Shown piece by piece: positions 1 to 9,676 of a stretch of DNA of 64,000 bases (positions are counted from its first letter, which is position 1; each line of letters starts with the position of its first letter). The DNA is taken from positions 3,872 through 67,871 of IMG/VR virus record IMGVR_UViG_3300045918_000145; one strand, written 5' to 3'. Origin of the DNA: a virus. The position numbers and the translations under genes were made by a program. The notes below the pieces were generated by a model, which worked only from the letters and a program-made list of their open reading frames with translations, did not search any database and had not been told where the DNA came from.

Positions 1-107
1 GGGAAAAGAAGAAACGGGATAAGGGATAACGGCTTCAGTTCAGGGGTGCCGGACTTATCGGCATCCCTCTGGAACGTTATGGTTATGTCGCGAAAGGGAG
101 GAACAAC

Positions 108-380
108 GTGAGCAAACAAAAACTGATAAAGGCACTTCAAGGCGTTGACGAATTTGTAAACTATTTTGCAGAGGAACGCACTCAGACGATAATCACAGAT
201 ATTCGAGCCAGTATCGAAAACAGCACCACTCTGCGCGATCAGTTTGCTATGGCGGCATCTACTGGATTAATAGCAAATAGACAAAACTACATTAGGCATG
301 GAATGGATACGGCTGATATAGCTTTGTTTTCATACCGATTGGCAGATGCTATGCTTAAAGCAAGAGAGGAGAGTGTATGA
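108..380 (+). CDS. Conserved phage hypothetical protein (LRDxFA...AYxxADAMLKAR type)
   Basis: GTG start after GGAGGA RBS; C-terminal LRDQFAM...YRLADAMLKARE pattern is common in small phage proteins. Confidence 0.6.
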   Translation: MSKQKLIKALQGVDEFVNYFAEERTQTIITDIRASIENSTTLRDQFAMAASTGLIANRQNYIRHGMDTADIALFSYRLADAMLKAREESV

Positions 381-886
381 GTGAAAAATTCAAAGAGTTC
401 ATAACTAACTACAAGCCAAGATTTAGAGATGAAAATGGCTATCCTGAATACCGAATAGAAGATATGCAGAAAGCCTTTAATGCTGGAATAGCAGGCCTCG
501 CCAATAAATTCGAGGCAAGTGACGCTGACGAATGGGATAGACACCTAGCAGACCTGAATGAAGAAAACAGGTCGTTGCGTGAACAACTCGCCACCGTGAC
601 AGAGCAACGGGATAACGCTAACAAAGCGTGGGAAGATTTAACGACAGTCACAGAAGAATGTATTGCACAGTGTAACACCATAAAAACGGAGAGGGATGAA
701 TTCAAAGAGTCAATGCTTGAGTGGTTTAGAACTTCTGAAATGTGGCGCACTAGAGAGCGTGATGCTGTTAAAACCATCTCATCCCAAAAGGAAGAGATGG
801 GTAAATACCGAATGTCTATTATTGAACTTGAAGCCGACAACGCCAAGCTGTTAAACGATTGCAAGATGCTGGCTCAATGGATCTAA
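377..886 (+). CDS. Coiled-coil hypothetical protein
   Basis: ATGA overlap with the previous gene; heptad-rich E/K/R sequence. Confidence 0.65.
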   Translation: MSEKFKEFITNYKPRFRDENGYPEYRIEDMQKAFNAGIAGLANKFEASDADEWDRHLADLNEENRSLREQLATVTEQRDNANKAWEDLTTVTEECIAQCNTIKTERDEFKESMLEWFRTSEMWRTRERDAVKTISSQKEEMGKYRMSIIELEADNAKLLNDCKMLAQWI

Positions 887-1034
887 GGCAGACCCGCATT
901 TCAGAATGGTTGTGAATGCCCAACTTGCCAAACAGCGAGGAAATACATTTAAACATTAGCCGTGATCATCAAGCCTGCAGAGCGTTTTAATAGATTGACG
1001 TAAACTGAGGACGGATAATTCAAGGAGTATACGT

Positions 1035-1208
1035 ATGCCAGTTAAACAACTAACTAAAGACGAGATAGCTGCAATACAGCACACTATAACTCCAATACAT
1101 AGAGTACATGATATAAGCCAAAGAAGAACACATATATCATCTGATGCATCTAATTCTAAAATGGCTATTAAGACTAGGAGGGAATCAGTTGATAAATGGA
1201 GAAACTAA
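1035..1208 (+). CDS. Small hypothetical protein (57 aa, MPVKQLTKDEIAAIQHTITPIHRV...)
   Basis: Translated by hand; AAGGAG RBS upstream; not in the ORF track. Confidence 0.55.
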   Translation: MPVKQLTKDEIAAIQHTITPIHRVHDISQRRTHISSDASNSKMAIKTRRESVDKWRN

Positions 1209-1675
1209 TGCGAACAGGTACTGAGTCACCCCACGTAACAAAACTCAAAAGAAAACTTCCTCAATCATCCTACCCAGATAAAATATGCAAATGGTGTGAA
1301 ACCAAACTAGTTAGAACCAGGCAAAGTCTTACCGAGTGGAATCTTATTACTACTTGCGGAAAAGGATGCGCTACTAACTGGCGTTGGTATAAATGTAGTA
1401 AAGCTCAGCATGAAATAAATGAACCACCACTACCAGACAAGTTTTGTATGGCTTGTGATAATTTATTAGTACGTAGAGAGAATGAACATAAGCAAGCTTG
1501 GATTAAACGTAATTACTGCAGCAAAACATGTGCCGCCTGTGGCAAGACTCGTGTAAAAGTTAAAGTACCTATTGCAGAGTTATCTGAGGAACTCCGTGTA
1601 GGAGTTAAAAGATATATTCCAGGTACGCCTGAGTTTGAAGTATTAGCCAAACAATATCTAGCAAGGGGGTTCTAA
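1196..1675 (+). CDS. Protein with two tandem CxxC...CxxxC zinc-ribbon repeats
   Basis: PDKICKWC...CGKGCA and PDKFCMAC...CSKTCA; GGAGGG RBS. Confidence 0.65.
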   Translation: MEKLMRTGTESPHVTKLKRKLPQSSYPDKICKWCETKLVRTRQSLTEWNLITTCGKGCATNWRWYKCSKAQHEINEPPLPDKFCMACDNLLVRRENEHKQAWIKRNYCSKTCAACGKTRVKVKVPIAELSEELRVGVKRYIPGTPEFEVLAKQYLARGF

Positions 1676-1935
1676 TGTACGCTGAAGAAATAATATCTAA
1701 GATTGATGGACCAATATTCAAAAAACAACGAGAGCTATTACATGCTATTATTAATAGCGGAGTATTAGCTAAAGTAGCTGTAGAACCTCTACAAGGGCTT
1801 GAAAATCTACTAGATGAAATAGCTGACTGCGCTCATGACGTGTACGGAAAAGATTGTCTATTTGCAGATCCAGAATTAGAGCGTAAAGCAGAAGAAAATC
1901 AACACGTAGAACGAATACAAACATATAACCACTAA
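1675..1935 (+). CDS. Hypothetical protein
   Basis: TAATG stop/start coupling. Confidence 0.6.
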   Translation: MYAEEIISKIDGPIFKKQRELLHAIINSGVLAKVAVEPLQGLENLLDEIADCAHDVYGKDCLFADPELERKAEENQHVERIQTYNH

Positions 1936-1946
1936 CGGAGGTAGTC

Positions 1947-2243
1947 ATGTTTCAAATTGAAGTTTCAACTGGCGAAGAAGGAAAAGTAACAATGCGTGGT
2001 TGCGCTGATGGCACAGTTGAACTATGTAAATTGGTTGAGAAGAAAATAGTTAATAAAGAGACAGAAGAAGTAACCTATAGCCCTGAGCTAATAGCATATG
2101 CTTACTATGCATCCATTGAACAGGCTTTCAATAAGATTGCACGTATGCGTATAGGGTCATCCAATGCAACCTCTCTCGTAGAGCTTACGGAAGCCATAAA
2201 ACAAATTCGTTTAGACATTAAACAGGAGCTAGGAGTGTTGTAA
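1947..2243 (+). CDS. Hypothetical protein
   Basis: GGAGG RBS; in operon. Confidence 0.6.
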   Translation: MFQIEVSTGEEGKVTMRGCADGTVELCKLVEKKIVNKETEEVTYSPELIAYAYYASIEQAFNKIARMRIGSSNATSLVELTEAIKQIRLDIKQELGVL

Positions 2244-2407
2244 TGCCAGAGAATGAAAACCAAAAATACTATGATTATCTGATTACACTACGTAATACCG
2301 GCAAGATTAATATGATGGCAGCAGTACCTTATCTTGAAAGAGATTTTGGTTTAACAAAAGAAGAAGCCAAGACAATTCTATTTGCTTGGATGAAATTACC
2401 TGATTAA
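2243..2407 (+). CDS. Small hypothetical protein (54 aa, MPENENQKYYDYLITLRNTGKINMMAAVPYL...)
   Basis: Translated by hand; AGGAG RBS and TAATG coupling. Confidence 0.6.
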   Translation: MPENENQKYYDYLITLRNTGKINMMAAVPYLERDFGLTKEEAKTILFAWMKLPD

Positions 2408-2470
2408 CACATACGCCATACGGACATCCCACCCTACGGGTGGGTGTCCTACTGGCGGATAGGAGATGTA

Positions 2471-2695
2471 ATGAAAACGGCAGAAGAAAAAGCAAGTGCA
2501 TTACTTAATAAGTTAAACATACGCGGCAAACTTTATGACAATATTAAACCTGAACTTATTATAGCATTAAAGATTCAAGATCGTGATACTCGACACGCTT
2601 GTGCTGAAGCAGTATTACAAATAAAAGGTGAGTGGTATGATAATCAGATTCGTAATGACGCACATGATGCTTGTATGAATGTACGGGCTGTATAA
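2471..2695 (+). CDS. Hypothetical protein
   Basis: Start refined to the ATG after AGGAG (MKTAEEK...). Confidence 0.55.
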   Translation: MKTAEEKASALLNKLNIRGKLYDNIKPELIIALKIQDRDTRHACAEAVLQIKGEWYDNQIRNDAHDACMNVRAV

Positions 2696-2697
2696 CT

Positions 2698-2723
2698 ATC
2701 TGCCTCCGGCAGATTTTTTGCTT
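2698..2723 (+). promoter_or_regulatory. Hairpin motif GCC-TCC-GGC-N9-GCTT, copy 1 (N4 vRNAP-type C-GGA-G triloop on the template strand)
   Basis: ATCTGCC-TCC-GGCAGAT stem with GCTT at fixed spacing; shared with 10224 and 63764. Confidence 0.55.
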
Positions 2724-2744
2724 ATAAATCCAAGGAGGCTAGAT

Positions 2745-3920
2745 ATGGATGCACCTGTATATAAAGAAGCTGAACAAGCCCTTAAAGTAGCAAAGATTAC
2801 ACTAATGATGCAGAAAAATACTGTCTGTTACACGACTGTAGTTTTCTCATTGAAACAAGAAATAACTGCAGATATTCCAAACATGACTACTGCAGCAACA
2901 GACGGAAAACATCTGTACATTCATCCAGATTTCTTTATGGGTCTGTCTCCAAATGAACGTCTTACGCTATTGGCTCACGAAGCTCTACATGTACTCCTAG
3001 ACCACATGCACCGCAAAGGGGATAGGGATCATAAGCTTTTCAATATAGCCGCTGACTACGTTATCAATGGATCACTGGTGAATGCACAATATGCCTTACC
3101 TAAAGGCGGATTACATGATCATAAATATGACGGTATGACCACCGAGCAAGTATATAAACTTCTTGAAAAGAAAAACAATCAGCAGAAACAAGAATTATTC
3201 GACAAATGTAAAGATGGATCACTGAATGGTAATGACATCACTTACCCAGATCAAGTAGACCCTGGTGAAGCTGTTACTCAGGATGAAGTAACCAAGATCA
3301 TTCTACGAGCTGTGACTCAAGCTAAGGCTATGGGTCAGCCAGCAGGTACGATGCCAGCTGAAATAGAATTGGCACTGCAGCATACCTTAAATCCACCTTT
3401 ACCTTGGCATATCATTCTAAGCCATTACCTCACAGAATTTGCTAAAGAGGACTTCACTTTTAGAAGACCTAATAGACGATTCTTACCTGATTCATATTTG
3501 CCAACAGCTCACTCAGAAGCTGTATGCAATTTAGCTATCTGCGTGGATATCTCATCATCCGTAACTGACCACGAATTCAACGTGTTCATTACTAAGATAG
3601 CTGAGATAAAGAATTCTATGAATCCACAGGAAACTACAGTTGTCTCATTCAATACTCAAATCACTGGTGTACAGAAACTGACGGCAGATGATAATCCATT
3701 GACCAAACTCAAATTCAAAGGTAGGGGTGGTACAGCTATTGCTCCCGTTCTCGAATGGGCAGCAGAAAACAAACCAACAGTAATGATCATATTTACTGAT
3801 GGTGAGTTCACCCAAGTAGAGCCAAAAAACAAAGGCGTACCTATGCTTTGGCTCATTCATGACAACCCTATGTGGAAGACTAAGTGGGGAAGAGTAATTC
3901 ATTACAATATAACTAAATAG
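2745..3920 (+). CDS. Metallopeptidase plus VWA-domain protein (N4 gp25-like, DUF2201 type)
   Basis: TAATDG, HEALH zincin motif, DISSS MIDAS, GRGGT, FTDGE; start refined to the ATG after AGGAGG. Confidence 0.85.
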   Translation: MDAPVYKEAEQALKVAKITLMMQKNTVCYTTVVFSLKQEITADIPNMTTAATDGKHLYIHPDFFMGLSPNERLTLLAHEALHVLLDHMHRKGDRDHKLFNIAADYVINGSLVNAQYALPKGGLHDHKYDGMTTEQVYKLLEKKNNQQKQELFDKCKDGSLNGNDITYPDQVDPGEAVTQDEVTKIILRAVTQAKAMGQPAGTMPAEIELALQHTLNPPLPWHIILSHYLTEFAKEDFTFRRPNRRFLPDSYLPTAHSEAVCNLAICVDISSSVTDHEFNVFITKIAEIKNSMNPQETTVVSFNTQITGVQKLTADDNPLTKLKFKGRGGTAIAPVLEWAAENKPTVMIIFTDGEFTQVEPKNKGVPMLWLIHDNPMWKTKWGRVIHYNITK

Positions 3921-4001
3921 GTGATAGTGAGATTTATGAGGTAGATTAGACTCAAGTGTTCTTGCCATGACCACCTACTAAAAAATTAAACAGGAGAATA
4001 T

Positions 4002-4751
4002 ATGAACCCGATTAAACGCTTAAATGATCTGACACACGCAGAACTTCTGGCAATTGTATATGACTCAGAAGATTACAATAACCTAATTGATCTTGAGTGT
4101 GCTCATAGAGGTATCAGTTTGTTACCACCGTATCCTGGGCTTGAACCTAGCAAGACAGCTGCTAAACCAGATACTCAACTTTTCAAAGTAGGTAACTGGG
4201 GATTTGCAACAGTCGATGTTGCTAATGAAGTTATAAACTTTATGGTTAGCAAAGGTATATGGAAAGAAGAATCCCAATCAGGTGTTAATGTCATGATGCC
4301 TTTGGAAGAAAATAGTTATTACTATCCTGAAATCAAAAAAGCATTAGTTTACACTCAGACTGCGTATGACCAAATAAAAGATGAAGTTGATAAACAAGCC
4401 ACACTCTATAAAGAGTGGAAAGAAAACAATGACGTTTATTCAGCAATATGGAAAGAGCGCAAAGAAGTAATTAAAGACTTCAACTCTCAGCGTGACTACG
4501 CTACTGAACTGAAGAACAACATGATCAAAACTCACAACAGTCTTCAGCGTTACCTAGTACTATCTCAGGGATCTTATCCAATAGCTGTAAGCTTCCTTAA
4601 AGAAGCTGACAAACTTGGAGACTTACGTGTTGATGAAAATGATAGTGTCTTCTACAAATGCACACGTAGACAAGAGCATTTAATTGCAACCAGGGAAACA
4701 CATCAACAGAATTGTATGTCTGACCTGCTAGGTGTTGATTCACTTACGTAG
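4002..4751 (+). CDS. Hypothetical protein
   Basis: Long ORF with AGGAG RBS. Confidence 0.7.
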   Translation: MNPIKRLNDLTHAELLAIVYDSEDYNNLIDLECAHRGISLLPPYPGLEPSKTAAKPDTQLFKVGNWGFATVDVANEVINFMVSKGIWKEESQSGVNVMMPLEENSYYYPEIKKALVYTQTAYDQIKDEVDKQATLYKEWKENNDVYSAIWKERKEVIKDFNSQRDYATELKNNMIKTHNSLQRYLVLSQGSYPIAVSFLKEADKLGDLRVDENDSVFYKCTRRQEHLIATRETHQQNCMSDLLGVDSLT

Positions 4752-4764
4752 GTGAGGAGAAACC

Positions 4765-5097
4765 ATGTCAGAAGAAATAGTAGAAAAACCAAAGCGTAAG
4801 ATATCCAACACTGAGCTGGATAATGTAAAGAACTATCTGTCTATTGAGGTAGCATATAACTTTTCAATCATACTGCCGTATAAAGAAGGAATAGCTTTTC
4901 TAGCTGCTCTTGAAAACGTAGAAAGAGTTAGTATGCCTCACTATGGACAATCACGCATTAAGTTTAATATTGAAAGATTTGAAATTAAAACTGAGATAGT
5001 TTCTCAAGCTTTTTATCGTGAACAAAAGATGAACCACCTATTAGGAGTAACAGATGAGCAATATAATTCTCACACCATGTCAGAAGACTGCTACTGA
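4765..5097 (+). CDS. Hypothetical protein
   Basis: GAGGAG RBS; precedes the helicase. Confidence 0.65.
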   Translation: MSEEIVEKPKRKISNTELDNVKNYLSIEVAYNFSIILPYKEGIAFLAALENVERVSMPHYGQSRIKFNIERFEIKTEIVSQAFYREQKMNHLLGVTDEQYNSHTMSEDCY

Positions 5098-6364
5098 TGC
5101 TTTCTTAGACTTCTTAGTAAGCGATGACATATTCTTTAGTATTACTGGCCCAGCAGGTACAGGCAAATCATTTTTGATTAAACATCTACTGCAGACTTTC
5201 TATTCTAAGTATTCTGCTTATTGTTTACTATTACAGAAAGAAGTTAAACGCTTTGATATTAGAATAACTGCTACTACTAACAAAGCAGTCAACGTAGTAG
5301 AAGACTTCTTAGGTAGTGTACATAACGATCACGCTAATGTTGAAGTAAGCACGATCTATTCATTGCTTGGATTAAAGATTCAGAACAACTATAAAACTGG
5401 TAAACAAGAACTGGTCTTCAATAACAAAAGCGAAGGCTATTTCAATTCATTATTTGGGCCAGAGATTCCTCTGATCTTTATTGATGAGTCATCCTTTATC
5501 AGTGAAGAATTACAAACCATAATTGAAAATACAGCTCCTAAAGATAGGGGCGTAAAAATTGTCTATATTGGAGATAAGCATCAGCTAGCTCCGGTAGGAC
5601 AAAAGTTTTCAATAATGGATTCTCTGAACTGTAGCAAAGTAGAATTGACAGAGATAGTTCGTAATGCAGGTCATATTCTTAAAACTGGTACTCAGTTTAG
5701 GCAGACAGTTGAAACAGGTATATTCAAACCAATCAATTACAATGGAATTGATGTAGTCCACATGGATGGCCCTACTTTCCAACAGGCTGTTGAAAACTCT
5801 TTCACTGATCCAAATTGGTATCCAAATAAAAGTAAAGTACTGGCTTGGACTAACAACAGAGTACAAGAATATAACCAACATATTCGTACAGCTATGAATA
5901 AGCCAAAGCTATTCACTACAGGAGAATACGCTGTAACTAATGAGTATATCAAAAGTAACAAGTACACCTGTGGAGTAGACTCAGAAGTCCTACTTACAAA
6001 AGTTCACTATGAACCAATCCATTTATTCAACGTAAAAGGATTCATGGTAGAAATAGATAATGAATTTGTTGGATTCATGCCAGAGAACTTTCAAGATGCT
6101 AAAGCAGCTATGAAAGAGTTCGCTGCAGATAAGGAATGGAAGAAGTACTTTGAGATTAAAGAGACTTGGCTTGATCTTAGAGCTGTATATTCAAGCTCTA
6201 TTCATAAAGCTCAGGGATCTACTTATGAAACAGTATTCCTTGATCTATCTGATATTGGTACTAACTGGAATGCTAATGATGTAGCTAGACTTCTTTACGT
6301 TGGCATAACTCGTGCTTCTAAACAAGTAGTCTGTTATGGCTATCTACCTGATAGATACACCTAA
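5054..6364 (+). CDS. SF1 DNA helicase, Dda/RecD-like (N4 gp37-like)
   Basis: Walker A GPAGTGKS, IDESS, IGDKHQLAPV, HKAQGSTY, YVGITRA. Confidence 0.92.
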   Translation: MSNIILTPCQKTATDAFLDFLVSDDIFFSITGPAGTGKSFLIKHLLQTFYSKYSAYCLLLQKEVKRFDIRITATTNKAVNVVEDFLGSVHNDHANVEVSTIYSLLGLKIQNNYKTGKQELVFNNKSEGYFNSLFGPEIPLIFIDESSFISEELQTIIENTAPKDRGVKIVYIGDKHQLAPVGQKFSIMDSLNCSKVELTEIVRNAGHILKTGTQFRQTVETGIFKPINYNGIDVVHMDGPTFQQAVENSFTDPNWYPNKSKVLAWTNNRVQEYNQHIRTAMNKPKLFTTGEYAVTNEYIKSNKYTCGVDSEVLLTKVHYEPIHLFNVKGFMVEIDNEFVGFMPENFQDAKAAMKEFAADKEWKKYFEIKETWLDLRAVYSSSIHKAQGSTYETVFLDLSDIGTNWNANDVARLLYVGITRASKQVVCYGYLPDRYT

Positions 6365-6373
6365 AGGATATTT

Positions 6374-6934
6374 ATGACAGACACTCAAGTACTATACCAG
6401 CTACAAGAAGACGCTGTTCAGGTACTTATGGATGAGACATTTGAACACGTAGAACGTGAAATGAATGAACAGTATCAAGCATTAGGTAAAAGAAATGCTC
6501 AACTAAACTATGCAACAGAAACCAAGTTCATGTACGCTGGTACGCTCTATCCGACAGGTGGAGCACGATCTACAGCCTATGGCAAACGTATTCCTATTCT
6601 ACATTATTCATTATTGAATGAGCTAGAAACCATCAACAAATCTCTGACTCAAGATGACTTTCATTATATCAAAAACTTCTTTATAGCAGCAGTAAGCCAA
6701 TCACATAATGCCATTGTACTAGATGCTCTACTACCTGTAGTACTAGTAAATGCCTTAAAAGCTAAGCTTTCATGGACTCGATTTAAAGTACTTGACACAG
6801 GTGTCTATGGAGGATTACAACAAGAACCCATTTCTGTCACTAGACAAAATATCCAGAACCTGCAAGAGCACTACAAGTCAGTCATAGCAAGAGTTCAATG
6901 TATGCTTATGGATAAGCTGTTACTACAGAAATAG
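6374..6934 (+). CDS. N4 gp38-like conserved protein
   Basis: Synteny between the helicase and DNA polymerase. Confidence 0.5.
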   Translation: MTDTQVLYQLQEDAVQVLMDETFEHVEREMNEQYQALGKRNAQLNYATETKFMYAGTLYPTGGARSTAYGKRIPILHYSLLNELETINKSLTQDDFHYIKNFFIAAVSQSHNAIVLDALLPVVLVNALKAKLSWTRFKVLDTGVYGGLQQEPISVTRQNIQNLQEHYKSVIARVQCMLMDKLLLQK

Positions 6935-6944
6935 AAAGGAAGCT

Positions 6945-9491
6945 ATGCGACACGCAACTTATGGTAATGACCCTTCTTCCGCATCAATCGCAATACTCGT
7001 AAAAGAAACTTCCTTCAATAGTGACGAAATCAAAGAACACTACATAGACGCTCTTGGTGCTAACCCAGGAGCGTTTATTGCCTACAGCCTATGGTATGAT
7101 GACAATGGTAAGTGTCCTGCAGCTCTAGCGAAGGATTATCTTCAGACTCTGCTATTATCTCTAAAGCAACTTGACATATCTACAATTATTGTCACAGATG
7201 CTGCGTATTTTAAATACATTACAGAATCTAAGCAATCTGCATTATCTCTAATCGGACATCACACTATCTCTAAAATAGATGGTTACGACTCCGTATTTGA
7301 CGTGTGGTACGCTCCAAACTTTCATGCAGCAAAGTATAACCCCAAGACAGAGAAAGACCTCACAGAGGCTCTCAGATGCTTTAAACAGCATTTGACAGGT
7401 AATTACGAGAAACCAGGAAGTAATGTCATCCATTTCGCAGCGTATCCTGAATCTATTTCTGCAATAACTGCATCTCTTGAGCTTTTACTTAAATACCCAG
7501 AGCTGACAGTTGACATTGAAACCAAAGGGCTTGAGTTCTGGAAATGTGGAGTAGCAACCATCGCGTTCGCGTGGGATAAACATAACTTCATATCCATACC
7601 AGTTGATCGTGGTGAGTATCCTTGTGCTGTAAAGCGTCTACTCAGGATATTCTTTGAGAACTACGAGGGTAAACTGATAGGACAGAATCTTGGATTTGAC
7701 TTTAAGGTACTTACCTTTGAATTATGGATGGATAATCTACAAGACATAAAAGGTATGATTAATGGAATCCAGATATTAACTAGAAATTTTGAGGATACAA
7801 AACTCATAGCTTATTTGGCTATTAACAATGCTGTAGAGAACATTCTTAAGTTAAAAGTGCTCTCTGCTCCCTATATGGGTAATTATGCTGAAGAGGATAT
7901 TGAGGATACTACTCTTATACCTTTAGATAAACTGCTTGAGTATAATGGTAAGGATTGTTTAGCTACTTGGTTTGTGTACGATCTTTACTATCCTAAGATG
8001 GTAGCTGATGATCAAGAGACTCTTTATAAAGAGTTATTTAAACCATCAGTGATTACCTTATTACAAACCGAGCTGGTTGGTATGCCTATTTTACCTGATA
8101 AAGTAGCTTATGCCAAGGATAAATTGAGCAAACTACAAGCTGAGTATATGGACTATCTAAACAACTCAAAGCTTATTCAAGAGTTTCAGTTAGAGGTACA
8201 GGCTAAAGCTGTAATAGAATTCACAGCTAAGGCTAAAAAGAAAGTCTTTGATATTGACGATCCAAGAGTTCAACGATTGGTGTTCAATCCAAATAGTGAT
8301 CAGCAAGTAGGAAACTTACTGTATAACTATCTTGGCTTACCAGTACTTAGTTACACAGATGCTAAACAACCGTCTACTGATGGTAAGACTTTAAAGAAGC
8401 TTCTAAACCATACAACTAATCCAGAGTATCTCAAGATCATTGAGATGCTTAGAGGTTTAACTCAGGTATCTAAGATTCTTACTTCATTCATACCAGCCTT
8501 TGAAAATGCTGTTCAGATGCCTGATGGAAGCTGGAGACTCTATGGTAACTTCAATCTTGGAGGAACTGTTTCAGCTAGGCTATCCAGCTCTAAACCAAAC
8601 CTTCAAAATTTGCCCGCCAACTCCATCTATGGAAAACTGATTAAGGAGTGTTTCGGATGTCTCGATGGCTGGCTATTTGGAGGAGCTGACTTTAACTCTC
8701 TTGAGGACATGGTTTCAGCTCTGACTACCAGAGATACCAACAAGATGAAATGTTATCTTGATGGCTTCGATGGTCATTCACTACGAGCAGCTAGTTATTT
8801 TAAAGATCAAATGCCTGACATTACAGATACTGTTGAATCCATTAATAGTATCGCTGAGAAGTATCCTCATCTAAGACAAGCTTCCAAAGCTCCTACTTTT
8901 CTGCTTACCTATCAGGGTACATTTCACGGTTTGATGAATAATCTTGGTTTGGATCAAGCTTCAGCATTGATCATAGAAGCAAACTACCACGAGCTTTATA
9001 AAGAAGCTGATAAGTGGGTAGATGATAGACTGCAACAGGCATGTGTAGATGGATATGTTACAGGAGCATTTGGCTTACGTTTAAGGACACCTTTATTGAA
9101 ACTCAATGGTAAGGGTAAGCTCAACTACAAAGCAGCTCAGGAAGGACGTACAGCAGGTAACATGCTTGGTCAATCCTATGGTCAGTTAAACTCCAGAGCA
9201 GCAAATGAATTCAGAGAAAGAGTATGGGCTTCAGAGTATAAATACGACATTATTCTTTGTGCTCAAATTCATGATGCAATTTATCTTATCTGGAGAAACA
9301 CAGTAGGTATAACAAAATGGGTTAATGATAATCTCATTGACTGCATGAAGTGGTGTGAACTTGTAGAGCTTCAACACCCAACAGTTAAACTAGGTGCAGC
9401 TCTTGATATATTCTATCCTGACTGGTCTATCAAGACTACTCTCAGCAACAATGATTCCATTCAAAACATCTATGAAACATGTAAGAAATAA
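6945..9491 (+). CDS. Family A DNA polymerase with 3'-5' exonuclease (N4 gp39-like)
   Basis: Exo DIETKG; motif A GADFNSLED, motif B RQASKAPTFLLTYQG, motif C QIHDAIY. Confidence 0.95.
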   Translation: MRHATYGNDPSSASIAILVKETSFNSDEIKEHYIDALGANPGAFIAYSLWYDDNGKCPAALAKDYLQTLLLSLKQLDISTIIVTDAAYFKYITESKQSALSLIGHHTISKIDGYDSVFDVWYAPNFHAAKYNPKTEKDLTEALRCFKQHLTGNYEKPGSNVIHFAAYPESISAITASLELLLKYPELTVDIETKGLEFWKCGVATIAFAWDKHNFISIPVDRGEYPCAVKRLLRIFFENYEGKLIGQNLGFDFKVLTFELWMDNLQDIKGMINGIQILTRNFEDTKLIAYLAINNAVENILKLKVLSAPYMGNYAEEDIEDTTLIPLDKLLEYNGKDCLATWFVYDLYYPKMVADDQETLYKELFKPSVITLLQTELVGMPILPDKVAYAKDKLSKLQAEYMDYLNNSKLIQEFQLEVQAKAVIEFTAKAKKKVFDIDDPRVQRLVFNPNSDQQVGNLLYNYLGLPVLSYTDAKQPSTDGKTLKKLLNHTTNPEYLKIIEMLRGLTQVSKILTSFIPAFENAVQMPDGSWRLYGNFNLGGTVSARLSSSKPNLQNLPANSIYGKLIKECFGCLDGWLFGGADFNSLEDMVSALTTRDTNKMKCYLDGFDGHSLRAASYFKDQMPDITDTVESINSIAEKYPHLRQASKAPTFLLTYQGTFHGLMNNLGLDQASALIIEANYHELYKEADKWVDDRLQQACVDGYVTGAFGLRLRTPLLKLNGKGKLNYKAAQEGRTAGNMLGQSYGQLNSRAANEFRERVWASEYKYDIILCAQIHDAIYLIWRNTVGITKWVNDNLIDCMKWCELVELQHPTVKLGAALDIFYPDWSIKTTLSNNDSIQNIYETCKK

Positions 9492-9499
9492 GAGGTTAT

Positions 9500-9676
9500 A
9501 TGTCAATCACTGAAGAGACGCGTTTACAGATGTTGTATCTATTAGCTCCAGTGGCATTAGATCCACAATGCATGGATAAGTTGTTAGATGAGATGGAAAA
9601 GGCAAACGGTGTAAGACCCACACCAGAAGAAATTATGAAGCATATTAATTTACTGCGATCAGTAAGAGGAGTCTAA
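9500..9676 (+). CDS. Small hypothetical protein (58 aa)
   Basis: Translated by hand; GAGG RBS; stop abuts the next start. Confidence 0.55.
   Translation: MSITEETRLQMLYLLAPVALDPQCMDKLLDEMEKANGVRPTPEEIMKHINLLRSVRGV

Noticed and set aside
287-864. Minus-strand ORFs 287-544 and 439-864, and the many other antisense shadow ORFs in the track (e.g. 12463-12870, 18643-19255, 46714-47298, 60562-60846)
   Set aside because: They are antisense to well-supported genes, with no RBS or motif support.
6945-9491. Intein or intron in the DNA polymerase
   Set aside because: Length and motif spacing are normal for N4-type PolA, with no splicing motifs.
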